From Octopus sinensis (lineage: Eukaryota): a DNA stretch of 64,000 nt. Below, in pieces: positions 12,700 to 27,554 of the stretch. The stretch lies in assembly GCF_006345805.1 (NCBI RefSeq), contig NC_042998.1:73718001-73782000 (forward strand), written 5' to 3'. The notes below the pieces were generated by a model that saw only the letters and a program-made list of their open reading frames with translations, made no database searches and was not told the origin of the DNA. Every line of letters begins with the position of its first letter. Position 1 is the stretch's first letter. The position numbers and the translations under genes were made by a program.

Positions 12700-13290
12700 T
12701 GATTTGACATACAAGTTTGTTTGCCAGCTAGCAGTATATTTAATCGAGTAACAATGTATATAGTCAACACAAGTATAGTTTGACACTTTAAAATGCTGTT
12801 GACCAACTGATACATGAGTTAAACAACCAAAAGTGTAGTTAGCCATATAATAACATCGTTAGTCAACTTAAGTGTACTTTAACAACTAACAATATAGTTA
12901 ACCAGCAAGGCGGCGAGCTGGCAGAAACGTTAGCACGCCGGGCTAAATGCTTAGCGGTATTTCGTTTGTCTTTATGCTCTGAGTTCAAATTCCGCCGAGG
13001 TCGACTTTCATCCTTTCGGGGTCGATAAATTAAGTACCAGTTGCGTACTGTGGTTGATCTAATCGACTGGCCTCCACCCTCAAAATTTCAGGCCTTTTAC
13101 CTAGAGTAGAAAAGAATATAGTTAACCAGTTGTCAATGCAATTTGGAAACCAGCATTGTAATTTAGGAGTTTGTCCAGTAAAAGAAATTATTTGTCAGCT
13201 AATAGCGTAGCTTGACAATTAACAATGTATTTTGTCAACTTAGAATGTAAGTAAACAACTAAAAGTATAGTTGTTCAAGTCAACAATTTT
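12700..13290. repeat. Old degenerate minisatellite (motif ~agtgtagttgaccaacta) split by a SINE
   Basis: Recurring gtatagtt/gtgtagtt...aaccaact variants on both sides of the SINE. Confidence 0.45.
12906..13114 (+). mobile_element. Full-length SINE family A with a perfect 15-bp TSD
   Basis: AATATAGTTAACCAG at 12891-12905 and 13115-13129. Box A-like tggcagaaacg and box B gagttcaaattcc are present. The core resembles the Meta/Sauria-type SINE domain (recalled). Confidence 0.9.
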
Positions 13291-14186
13291 ACATCAATCC
13301 ATACAATATATTCCCAGACTTGAATAATGGAATACTAGATTTTAAATTCCTGTCAAACAACTTATCTATTATACATATTTCTGAAAAAAATATCTTAAAT
13401 ATTTTGTTAAGATATTCCATCAGGCTTGATACAGATATTCGATGAGCTAGAGTTCCTTACATCGCAAATGCAAACTTCGTTAAGTATTTAATCCCTTGCG
13501 AATACTGAAATATTAATAATCAATTAAACATATTTTATTACATTAAAATTAGTTAAGATAATTCGAAAATTCTAAGTCATAGCAAAACCACTGACAGATA
13601 CAACTACCTCAGTGCAAGAATAGCTATATAAGATTTGTAATTATTGTTTTCTAATACTATTTACCACATGCATACATACACATATATAGAACTGTAAGTA
13701 TGTACGTATACGAGTGTGAGTCTTGTATAAATTTCTAATGCATGTGTATGCTGTATTTTAAACATAAATCTCTTGCTAACTCTCAATTATGCAGAATGAA
13801 GTTTCAAATCCCGAAGGTGGGTTTGTCGCTAGTTTCTCGACTCCGGTAGTTATTTATTATTTATTTACATACTTGATGTTAATTCTTGATGAAAGATCCA
13901 ATATAATGATACATGAAAACAATAAAAATAATACTCGAATAGAACTAAGCCTGTTCAATGTTAAATAGCTGGAGAATGTCTACGACACAAGAAAATACCT
14001 CCTGAAAACATGTTTTGTGTTTGTTGTCACTTACTTCGGACTGATGTTTACAGATATATAAGATTCAATAAAATATTTGATATAGTCATCTGGTATATGT
14101 CTATGTTACTGTGCATTCAGAAATCTTGAAACTAACTATGATTTCTTTCACAGTGATTTCTAATTATCATTATTATTGTTATTATA

Positions 14187-14258
<72 letters not shown>

Positions 14259-14269
14259 GTGTGCGAGAG

Positions 14270-14660
14270 AGAGCAGTGCATGCCATCAAAGTGACACTGG
14301 GGTAAAATATACGAAGCCCAGTATACCCATCATGGCTACCCGTCTGGTAAGGGTACACCAGGCACATGCATCACAAAGATATCTGCGCGACATGGTGATT
14401 TCATATCAAGATAAGCAGCGCATCACCTTGTAGGTGTGGACCAGTTAGAATTTTCTTCTGATCGAGTAACCCATCCCGCTCAAAAGGTCCCTGAATAAGG
14501 GTTGTTTAAGGATGTTGAACGAAACACCCATGTTTCCAGAGGTGAATTATTCAAACCCCAAATAATCCCTCTCATCACATACCTATGATGCTTCCCCACT
14601 ACTTCTGCTCTTGATCAGAGATGCACATATCGTCAACCACTAAGGAACATGCTCAACTGG
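14270..14660 (-). mobile_element. SINE-like retroposon family D with (AAT)n tail
   Basis: gagagcagtgcatgccatcaaagtgacactggggt... recurs at 14768-14890 and 22172-22425, each time abutting (ATT)n on the left. Confidence 0.75.
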
Positions 14661-14716
14661 TATTATTATTATTATTATCATCATCATCATCATTATTATT
14701 ATTATTATTATTATTA

Positions 14717-14765
<49 letters not shown>

Positions 14766-14767
14766 GG

Positions 14768-14890
14768 TTGAGAGAGCAGTGCATGGCATCAAAGTGACAC
14801 TGGGGTACAAACATATGAAGCCCAGTATACCCATCATGACTACTTGTTTAATAAGCGTGCACCAGGCACATGCATCACAACCATATATGC
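14768..14890 (-). mobile_element. Family D 3' fragment
   Basis: Matches 14270-14390. Confidence 0.7.
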
Positions 14891-14894
14891 GCAA

Positions 14895-15035
14895 AGGTCG
14901 ACTTTGCCTTTCACTCCTTCGGAATCGATCAATTAAGTACCAGTGAAACACTGGCTTAATGTAATCGACTAGACCCCTCCCCCAAAATTTCAGGTCTTAT
15001 TCCTTTAGTAGAAAGGACTATTATTATTATTATTA

Positions 15036-15110
<75 letters not shown>

Positions 15111-15300
15111 TATCATGACCTATAAAAAAGGCGGTAAGCTGGCAGAATTGTTAACGCATCGGCATTTCTTCTGACTTTACGTTCTGAGTTCAGATGCCAT
15201 CGACGTCGACTTTGACTTTCATAATTTTCGGGGGTCGATGTAATCGACTACACCTCTCCCCAAGATATTTCCAGGCCTTGTGCCTATATTAGAAAGGATT
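14895..15300 (+). mobile_element. Two SINE family A copies separated by (ATT)n
   Basis: A core and tail at about 14895-15018 and a near-full copy at about 15129-15300. Confidence 0.75.
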
Positions 15301-15661
15301 ACTATAACATATGTATGTACGTATGTGTTTGCATGTATGAATGTATGTTTATGTACGTGCGCACCTTATAGTTTACGTTTCAGAAACGAAAATTGAAGCC
15401 ATTGTTGATGACCAACGAAAATCGGAACCACAAACTGAAGCATCGTGTTGATATTATCATTTTTTTTTAACACTGAAGTTAGAACTTCAGGAAGTCTACG
15501 ACTGCATGCAAAATCTGAGCCGTGAGAACTGCTCCTTGTGTACAACGGTCGAAAACTAGGCTGCTGATGCAATTCCATGAAGATGAAGAGCGGTTAGAAC
15601 GATGGGTGAATGTAAACTGCGATTAAAAAGTCATTATTCTTGAGTATTTCATATTAGAATG

Positions 15662-15840
15662 GTGGCAAGTGGCTTAGTGGTAAGGGGTGTTAGACACATG
15701 ATCGTAAAATTGTGGTTTCGATTCCTGGAAAGGGCAATGAACTATGTTCTTGTGTGAAACACGTCATTTCCTGTTCCTCCAGTTCACTCAGCTGACAAAA
15801 ATGACTAATACTGCCACGTAAACTGGGACACCAGTCTTAT
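15662..15840 (+). mobile_element. tRNA-headed, CORE-like SINE (family C), diverged
   Basis: gtggcttagtggtaagg (box A), tggtttcgattcctgg (box B), then a CORE-like ttcttg..aacac...ctccagttcactcagctg. Confidence 0.55.
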
Positions 15841-16329
15841 GAGGCTGTATGACTCAGGAACGGTCTTTATCCTTCATTCTATCTATTTCATAATAGAACA
15901 GCGGTGAGTAAAGCTGAGTGAGATGGCACATAGTCTAGGATGGTGCATAGTCGAGGAGTCAGTTCGGTGACAGTTGATAGAGTTGTTCATGAACATCTGA
16001 ACTTGTGAAAAAAATGATAAAGCAATTATTTTTCAACTTTATAGCTTTTATAATGTTTATTATTTTATTTTCACTGAAATACTGTCTATTATTACGTAGG
16101 TCTTCTACTTATTCTCTATGTCTATTATTTATGTCTTATCTGATAACTAACTCCATTACCTCTCACCTATTATCTGTTACCTTTATCTATTATCTATATA
16201 TTATCTAACTCTATTTTCTATTAACTGTCTATTATCTATTATCTATTATCTAACGTTTTTAATCCATTCTCTATATCTGTTATCTGTTACCCTGTGTCTT
16301 CAATCCGAATTTATTCAACGTTCCTAAAT

Positions 16330-16560
16330 CCACGATACTGTCAATGATTCTATCCTTACCACTTTTGTTTTGATGATATATGTTTCAGCCATAGAATTGG
16401 TAAGAGTTGTGTTTAAAATGAACTCAGATTTATTAAGTGCAGAACTATTACTGTAGTGGTGGCTTTTCACAGCAATAATATCAGGAAAGCAATTACCAAA
16501 GTTAAAAGCCTGCAGTGCGAAGCTCATTATATTGGTCAGATAAGTATTTCCTCTCAGCAT
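16330..16560 (-). pseudogene. Possible ancient L1/Tx1 RT fragment
   Basis: LQAFNFGNCF.DII...YSNSSA...ILNTTLTNS resembles the L1/Tx1 'FGFG.FI..I..LY.N...' segment. The match is weak. Confidence 0.3.
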
Positions 16561-17884
16561 TGTTGCATCTATATTATTTCTATGCCACAGTTAGGTTCTT
16601 GGCTTAGTAAAATGGCAACCGAATTTTATGTTTCTTCTGTTGAAGCTGGTAATAATTTATAAAAACGTGTTCTTGCAGTATGATTTTGTTTTTCAGATTT
16701 GGTCGAGTATTTCATCTTCTGAATAATAATACTCAAAAATAGTGTAATAAAACAGTAATCAAATTATGAATAATATTTTTTATATATTCCGACTGAGTCT
16801 AAAATATTTAATTGTCGTAGTTCTTTCAGTCGTCAAAAATACTCTATTTCTGTGTAGGTCTTTTTAAGAGAGAGAGAGAGACAGAAAGAGAGAGAGAGGC
16901 AGAAACTATCAACAACAGCACAGCTAAAGAAAGCAATAAGAAAATTGTTTGTTTGTTTATCTAGTTCGGTTGTTAATGTAGTGGAAAATGTTAGAAAAAC
17001 CAGAAGCCAATAGGAAAGAAAGAAAAGAATACAATTTCAAGTGATTCTTTTGATACGCCTTTTCACATCACCGCCTTCATCTCCCCATTTTTTGTTTAGC
17101 TGAAAAAGAGAGAGAAAAAAAATTTATAATTCATAAGATGTATGATTCTTCATGTAATTCGACTCCAAAAGTGTGCCTGCAGTCATCTAAAAATGGGTTT
17201 CTTTATTCGAAGCCCTGGGGTGAAATACTACTCAGCAGTCACAAGTCAGCATCACTATTTAATTTCGCCTCTGTTTCAGACTGGTGTAAATATCCTCTAC
17301 ACTTTGTTCTGTCATGTGTTTTAAACGAACTGGATTTTATAAGAACTGCATTTTAATCATCATGTTTGTAGAATTTCCCAAATATGGTTTGTAAGGGAGA
17401 AGGTTCTTGCAGTCCGAAATTTTAATGGATACATTTCTAATTTTAGATGGTGAGGCAAGCATATCAATGTGCCCAACATCAGTGAAATAATGTTAGAACT
17501 TCGCTAAATTTAAACATGGTTGCATGGTTAATAAGGATAATGATGAAATTGATATGGATACGCTATCACTTAAGAACGTAATTATAATAAGCATACTTTT
17601 TAATACCAGACATAAAATTGAGCATTCATAGACGTAAGACCGGTGTCAAGAGATTTATGTGGTTTAAATTTAATTAAGGAGTCGATGATTAGAGGGAATA
17701 TCTGGATACAGATCTAATTAAATGTACGGTTCACAAGGAAAAGTTCAAAACAACAGAGTATTTACGTACATACAGATATACATAAAGGTATACATGAGTG
17801 TGTAAGCATGTATGTATGGATATATAAGCATATACGCATATATTTATAAATATACGTACATAAATACACACATAGCTATGTATG

Positions 17885-17951
<67 letters not shown>

Positions 17952-18029
17952 GTACATGCATACAAACATACATACATACATACATACATACATACATACA
18001 TACCCCTTCTATGCATATATATTTGTAAG

Positions 18030-18228
18030 CAAGGCGGTGAGCTGGCTGAAACCTTAGCACGCCGAGCGAAACGCTTAGCGGTACGTTCTGAGTTCAAATT
18101 CCGCCGATGTTGACTTTGCCTTTTATCCTTTCGGGATTGATAAATTTAGTACCAGTTGCATACTGGGGTCGATCTAACCGCCAGGTCCTCCTCTCCAAAA
18201 ATTTCGGGCCTTGTGCCTAGAGTAGAAA
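18030..18228 (+). mobile_element. SINE family A
   Basis: Head, box B, core and tail gccttgtgcctagagtagaaaag are all present. Confidence 0.85.
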
Positions 18229-18473
18229 AGACATTTGTATGCATATGTGAGTTTGTCTGCAAGTGTCTTTATTGTTTCTAACAAAGAATAAGAAAAGAAC
18301 ACAAGAAACTGTGTAGTGATTCTGCATTTACTTGGGCTTTGACAAACCTTGAAAGAATCAGATAGATCATAGACCAAATTGGACATGAGATAGATGACTT
18401 ATTGGAGCATCAGCTGAGAGAATCAGCCGAGTACGTATGCACATAAATACATGCGTACATGTGTGTGTATATG

Positions 18474-18511
<38 letters not shown>

Positions 18512-18889
18512 TACATATATACATGTACATATATTTATATTAATATACATACATATATATATATATACGTATAGATATATATATATACATATATGCATGC
18601 ATATGTATCTGTATATACATACATAAAAAACATGCATATGTGTGAGTGTGTATGTATGTGTACGTGTAGAGAGAGAGCATGTGATTGAAGTGATGTACAG
18701 ATATTGTATATATATGGATGTATGTATGCATATATGTATGTATTCAGATTAAACTGCTCATCATGAATGCATCAGACTATAGATATATATGTCCGTATAT
18801 ATGTGACTATGTGTATGTGGGGTGTGCATCATCATGGCCGCAGCTCTGAGCTAAAATTACAGAAATATATATATAGATCGTTAGCCACT

Positions 18890-19046
18890 ACACATTTTTT
18901 TCTCTCCTTGTTTTTTGTGTCCCTTTCTGTAGAAGAGCGTAGGCTCGAAACGTAAAAGACTTTTACTATTCCTGAGCGTTATACTAATACATCTGTTTGT
19001 TTTGTACACCACTTGTCTTCGTCTTTTGTTTTTTTTCGTAAACTCT

Positions 19047-19060
<14 letters not shown>
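18890..19060 (+). mobile_element. Short HHR-bearing repeat (family H) ending at (TA)n
   Basis: CTTT-CTGTAGA-A-GAGC-gtag-GCTC-GAAA-CG-TA^AAAG at 18923-18958. Related copies lie at 19086-19250(-), 37950-38110(+) and 48066-48240(-). Confidence 0.75.
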
Positions 19061-19085
<25 letters not shown>

Positions 19086-19086
<1 letters not shown>

Positions 19087-19250
19087 TTGAAATTTACAGA
19101 ACAACAATAAACGAAGACGGGTGTATAAACAACAAGCAGGTGTATTAGTTTCACTTGACGATCGGGAAGATGAGAAAGTCTTTTACGTTTCGAGCCTACG
19201 CTCTTCAACAGAAAGGAATACGAGGAAATAGACAGAGAGAGAATACAAAA
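19086..19250 (-). mobile_element. Family H copy, inverted relative to the previous one across a (TA)n
   Basis: Minus strand: CTTT-CTGTTGA-A-GAGC-gtag-GCTC-GAAA-CG-TA^AAAG at 19180-19215. Confidence 0.75.
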
Positions 19251-19473
19251 ACTTTTGGAGTTAAATGTAAAAACTTACTGTTGATAAAGGCTGCATGGCC
19301 GTTCAATTATTAAATAAAAGTGAAAATGTGTATAAATATGCTTGTGTGCCTATACATGTAAGTGTTTAAAATTGATAGACATATAATTATTGTGCATCTA
19401 CGAATAGATGTGAACGTGACTACATTGCGCATGTGTGTACATGCAATCTTATGTATAACTGTGTTCTTGCCCA

Positions 19474-19506
<33 letters not shown>

Positions 19507-19748
19507 CTCGCTCTCATTCTCTGTACATATGCGCGCTGAATCGTATAGACATTTTGTCGCTTTGTATGTATATATGAGCGTACGTATGTGTGCGTATTAT
19601 ATATCTGGATGCTTGTTATTATACATGTAGGTTATATTATGTACACATATCTATTTGTAACTATTTCTAACTGTACCTTTCTCACTTCTTCTTTCTCTCT
19701 CTGTCTCCTTCTTACACTCTCTCTCCCTCTCTTTTCAATTCTCTTCCT

Positions 19749-19788
<40 letters not shown>

Positions 19789-19878
19789 TGTAATTATAAA
19801 TGAATACATATATGCTTACATACATGCATACATACACACTCATACATGCACACACACATACATACATACATACATACA

Positions 19879-19910
<32 letters not shown>

Positions 19911-20771
19911 CATACATACATACATACACCCACACACACATTACAGCTATACGTACATACGTTAAAATATAGTCTAATGCAACTTTTGAAAACATACGCA
20001 GTTGGCGAGATACGTTCAGATAGTTAGGCCTTCGCACAGAACTGTTGTCTTTGATCTAGTAAGAAGTGATTAAATCGTAGCCAAATTTGATTGAATCTAA
20101 TGCTCACTGATTTCTATACGATATATTTTGAGACAACTCTCATTCTGTGGAAGGAGAAGCGGGGGTGAAAAAAATTAAGCCTTGATCTTTGATGCTACTT
20201 TAACACTATTTCATCAAAAGGAGCGAGTTAGAAGCAAATTGCTTAGAGATTAAGATGAATTAGCGACTTTGACTAGATCGCGTATGAATATAACGAAGAA
20301 AATACTATGAATTAAACATGAGTTCAAAATGTATCTTTTGTAAGTGCATTGCATTTATAAATATGATAGGGAAGGTTTTGTGTTTGATAATGAAGGGTCA
20401 ACAAATTGGAGATAGATAAAATTTGGAACAGGTTGAAATAGAAGCAAATATAGTTAGAAGTAACAGACGCTGGTGTAGATATATGGAAGTGTGTTAGAAT
20501 TTGGAAATATTGGATAATATCGTCAGTATTACTTCGCGTCTTCATACGTGATCGATACAGTTTCTCGTTAATAATAATGATTCGATTTGCCAATGGTATT
20601 ATGATGACCTTATTCTCTGCGTTTAAGTTATTTTCTCACCGAGAGTGAAGCGTAATGAACATCAGACTGCTTTAACCTCGCTAAGTCATGGAAGCCTCTA
20701 ATTCATTTGTATATTATTATTATTATTATTATTGTTATTGTTACAGTTGTCGTTGTTATTATTATTATTGT

Positions 20772-20867
<96 letters not shown>

Positions 20868-20889
20868 CATTAATATCATTTTTTCTTCA

Positions 20890-23160
<2,271 letters not shown>

Positions 23161-23253
23161 GCTCTTCTCTTTTTGTCTTCTTATCGCCATGTTTTTCCGT
23201 TACTACCACTGCTGCGGTATACTTTATTGTTGATGTCGTTATTGTTGTTGTTA

Positions 23254-23302
<49 letters not shown>

Positions 23303-23569
23303 ACTACTACTACTACCACTACTACTACCACTACTACTACCGCTACTGCTGCTGCTGCTATTTTCCCTACGCCCAAAGAAGGCGGAATTTGACACAATTA
23401 GAAATCAAGTACAAAATAACATTGGGAATAGAAGAGAATTTGAAGCAAAATAAAACTGATTAATCCAATTAGGAAACGTTAGAAAAATAAGAACTTTTCG
23501 CTGTACACGAGGAAACACCTACAATTTGAGAGCAACTACAAGGAAGAAAAAATTAGACGTTCACAAACA

Positions 23570-23980
23570 AAAGCTGAAAGAATTCGATCGCGAATACAGG
23601 CGGCTGAGATGGGATTCCTCCGAAGAGTCACTGGAACAACGTTACTCAATGGAGTGAGTAGGTCGGATATCAAGGAAGCGCTCCAGTTAAGCCCCTCTAT
23701 TTCTCCGAATTGGAAGATCACAGGTCCTATACTACAAATATGTAGTAAGAATGCGTCGGGAAAGAATCACGGGACAGGTATTACGGCAGGAAACCCAAGG
23801 GTAGGCCACGAGTAAGATGGTTGGATAACATCCATGAACTCAGTTGATCACGCTTGGAGATCCAGCCGGATCAATTGGAGACTGTTGCTTCTAACAGGAC
23901 CTGATAGAAGGGGTGATTTAGGACTCTGCCCTCGTGAGCTTCCCATGAAAAAGTGGGGGAAGATGATGAGTTGAGCTGAG
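23570..23980 (+). mobile_element. RTE-group LINE 3' fragment
   Basis: KAERIRSRIQAAEMGFLRRVTGTTLLNGVSRSDIKEALQL, then a GRPRVRWLDNIHEL-like segment. This is a typical RTE-group C-terminus. Confidence 0.7.
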
Positions 23981-23994
23981 ACAAACAATAGGAA

Positions 23995-24047
23995 AGGACA
24001 TCTTGTTTGTTGTTAATACAACGTTTCGGCTGATATACCATCCAGCA
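23995..24047 (-). mobile_element. Partial copy of the HHR-bearing SINE tail
   Basis: Minus strand reads tatatcagccGAAAcgTT^gtattaacaacaaacaagatg, matching 24685-24720. Confidence 0.65.
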
Positions 24048-24472
24048 AGAGACAACCTTTTGGAAGTTCACTCGAATCTTGGCTCTCATTCCTAAGGTAT
24101 ACGATGTTATTATTATTATTTTTTTTATCATGATTATTATTATTAGTATTATTATTATTCTATGTTTGACTTTTGCTTTATGTCTGTACAAGTTGGTTCC
24201 AAGTCTCACCCAGAGACCTCAAGAGACAACAGGTTGGAAGTTCACGTTGTTGTTGTGCCTAGTGTGCCATATATTTGGGGGTTTTTTTTTGGTGTTGTAC
24301 TAGTGAATGTCTGATAAATAAATTTTTAAAAAATAAAAAAAGTTTGTTTAAACCTTGGGATTACATAGAGAGTATTTATTATTATTATTATTATTATTAT
24401 ATTATTATTATTATTATATTATTATTATTATTATTATTATTATATTATTATTATTATTATTATTATACCCGT

Positions 24473-24569
24473 GGGCATATGGCGTAGTGGTTAAGAGCAC
24501 GGGCTACTAACCCCAAGATTCCGAGTTCAATTTCAGGCAGTGACCTGAATAATACTAATAATAATAATG

Positions 24570-24620
<51 letters not shown>

Positions 24621-24790
24621 TTGAAAAATGCCATAGGAATGAGAACCCATATTCGAAATTTCCCCGAGACACCTGATGAAGGCTCCAGCCGAAACGTTGT
24701 GTTAACAACAAACACGATGACGACAAATATCCGTCAAATGTAAATAATGTAAATAATGTCAATAATTCTTCATTTCTTAAATATAGAACT
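24473..24790 (+). mobile_element. tRNA-derived SINE: head, (AAT)n, hammerhead motif, short-tandem tail
   Basis: Box A TGGCGTAGTGG (24480-24490) and box B GAGTTCAATTTC (24523-24534). HHR GACAC-CTGATGA-A-GGCT-cc-AGCC-GAAA-CG-TT^GTGTT (24668-24703). Tail aatgtaaat repeats at about 24737-24765. Confidence 0.7.
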
Positions 24791-26018
24791 CAGTAGGAAA
24801 GGAATAAAAATAAAATACCATATTAAAAATATAATTTTCAGAAATATACTTTACAGCAACTAGAAAAATGGAGAAAAAAAAACCAAAAATATCCATAACC
24901 AAAGTCCCGCAAGATTTCACAGAAACTAATTATGACAGCATAGAATCTAAGGTGGATCAACATTCCGAGCAACGATCAAAAAGATATCTGAAATGTTTAT
25001 ATCAAGAGCAGTTCAATAATGCGGTTTTCAGCATCAGTTCCGGCTGCCCAACATGCGAATTCGTAGATGTGAAAACGGAGACGTGAAATACACAGATAAC
25101 AAACCACTACATGACAATGGCCTAGTTATAACTATTGAAACTGTCTTCTTCCTATTGTTCACACAGGACAATTGACATTGCGTGCAGAAATATGTCTCTT
25201 CGGTCCATCAACTGAAAGACAGCATGTATTACATAAGTGACAGACATATGTCCTTCGAGACGGTGAAGATGTACTATATTTTTGTTTTAGTTCATATTCT
25301 CTTCAATGGCTAGAAATGCAAGTCTTAGAAATACAAACTCATTAGCAAGCCGAGCATTTAAAGTGCTTATTGTTATCTGTAGGGTTTCTTCTCTTTGTAT
25401 CTCATTTTAATTTTGCTTGTTCAATACTTTTCAATTCAAAAAGGTTGGACGCTTTGAATATATTTTCTTTCTCGATAATGCCTACTCAATAGCAATTCTT
25501 TACCAACGTTCTATATGAATATTATCCTTTTCAAGATTAGATTTAAGGCACTACGTATGTGTGTGTGTGCACGTGTGTGTACGTATGCATATACGTATGT
25601 ATTGCAAAAGAGTCGAAGATGGCTAAACTGACAATCGCTAGCAGTAGATAAACAAGATTGTCAAAAGGCAGATGACCGAGCGTAGTGTCAACAATTATCT
25701 AACAACATAACACAACGACGAAGAGGTACTTGAGATGGTGAATGAGGGTACTGTAAGACCGCTTGGAATTAAGAGATTCCGAGTTCTTCCTAGCTAGACC
25801 ATCTATCTCACAGATCGAAAACTCCGAATATTAAAATATTCGCACGTTTGGGTTGGTTTCATTGATGAAATACAATAGAAGGGAAATTTAATATAACACC
25901 ATTTGGCAATCTTGATCTGTTTTTGTTGTTGGGATATGGTACTTGATACTTAGAGAGTATACTCGGGTTCTACAAATGTCTGTCACTATAATCTCTATCT
26001 CTCTATCTCCCTCTCTAA

Positions 26019-26066
<48 letters not shown>

Positions 26067-26508
26067 ACTTACTTGGAAATAGATGCGTGGCGTTCAATGA
26101 AATAATAATATAAATAATATATATGCATATATACATGTGCATATATACACACATACACAACGTTCGCTATTTTACCTTCGTCTGGTCTAACGGCCCTCCA
26201 TGTTTGTTTTCGTTCGGTTTCCTTGTATGCCTCTACTGTCCTGTTTTCGTTACCAGCTTTGACCCTCCTCAAATCCTAAATTTTCTTTGGAGTTCGGGAG
26301 TAACTGCCATTCGAAGACTCATATTGTCATTCAATGCTCGAAATGAGGAGTAAATGGACAGCCGACAACTGGTGAAGGGTCGTTCTTTATGTTACTTGTC
26401 CTGTTTTCCAATTTTTTCTCTCGTTGTTTATGTATTCAACTCTTTTGTTTTCGTATTTCATGCTCTTTACGATTTGTGAAGTCCTGTACCCATTTATGCA
26501 TATAGATA

Positions 26509-26553
<45 letters not shown>

Positions 26554-26572
26554 CATTATTTTATTATTATTA

Positions 26573-26605
<33 letters not shown>

Positions 26606-26607
26606 CA

Positions 26608-26683
<76 letters not shown>

Positions 26684-26689
26684 AGAGCC

Positions 26690-27521
26690 ACGTCTCAACA
26701 CACTCCCTATCTTCTTTCTCCTCAACCGATACTCGTATTTCATTCTGGATCAGTAACCTCCAGTCCTTCCATTTCACCATATCACAGTGAGATGTTGTGA
26801 TGTTGCCTATGCCGGGCCTTCATCGAGGTACAATACTGACGAGCGCTCTGTGTCTTATCTGCGTCTCTGCAGCCTCTACTCTTCTCTCTACTTCTGCCCT
26901 GTTTTGGCTTCAATACGAACCTGTAAGAGTTCTACAGAGTGCTACAGAAATCTCAGTATTACAACACCTCCATTGCACGAGTCAACCACAAATTTTTCAT
27001 GACGTAGCCCCCCAATTACCTGACACCGATGCTAAAGTATATCTTTCCTTCCTCACTGAGCAGCGAGATTATTCTAAACCGGTATATGGTTTATAAGTTT
27101 TACGCGGTCTGCATATTTCTACTGCTGAACAACTTTGGCGTTTTTCCCTATCAACTTTGCAATCGTCCAGATCCTGCGTAGCATGGTTGGGCAGTTCTTA
27201 TACACCTTTTCAAGTAATCCACTCAGTCCTGGAGTGGAACCTGCCCTCACTTTCTTGATTACACCCTGCGTCTCTCTCCAGTTGAGCTCTTTCCCATCAA
27301 ATTACATAGTTTGTGCACATGGACATACAGTGATTCAGGTATTCCTCCCTGTAATAATCACTGATGATGTCTAATGTTGATCTCTCCTCTGGAACTGGTG
27401 AGTTATCTCTTGCGCTTTTATCCCAGTAGCTGTTTCGCCAACGCACATGGATTAGCTAGAACGGTAGCTCACTTCTTGGCTCTCTCCCTCCCTCCACCTT
27501 CCCTCTCCCTCTCTCTTTCGC

Positions 27522-27554
<33 letters not shown>

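Noticed and set aside
24473-24545. Possible genuine tRNA gene
   Set aside because: The acceptor and T stems are imperfect, there is no oligo-T terminator, and it runs into (AAT)n. It is better explained as a SINE head.
24868-25086. 72-aa ORF preceded by an acceptor-like ctttacag
   Set aside because: There is no recognisable domain or donor site, so I cannot support it as an exon without RNA data.
25190-25270. Minus-strand YVCHLCNTCCLSVDGPKRHIS, resembling a C2H2 finger
   Set aside because: The second His is missing and the flanking frame has stops. At most it is an old TE scrap.
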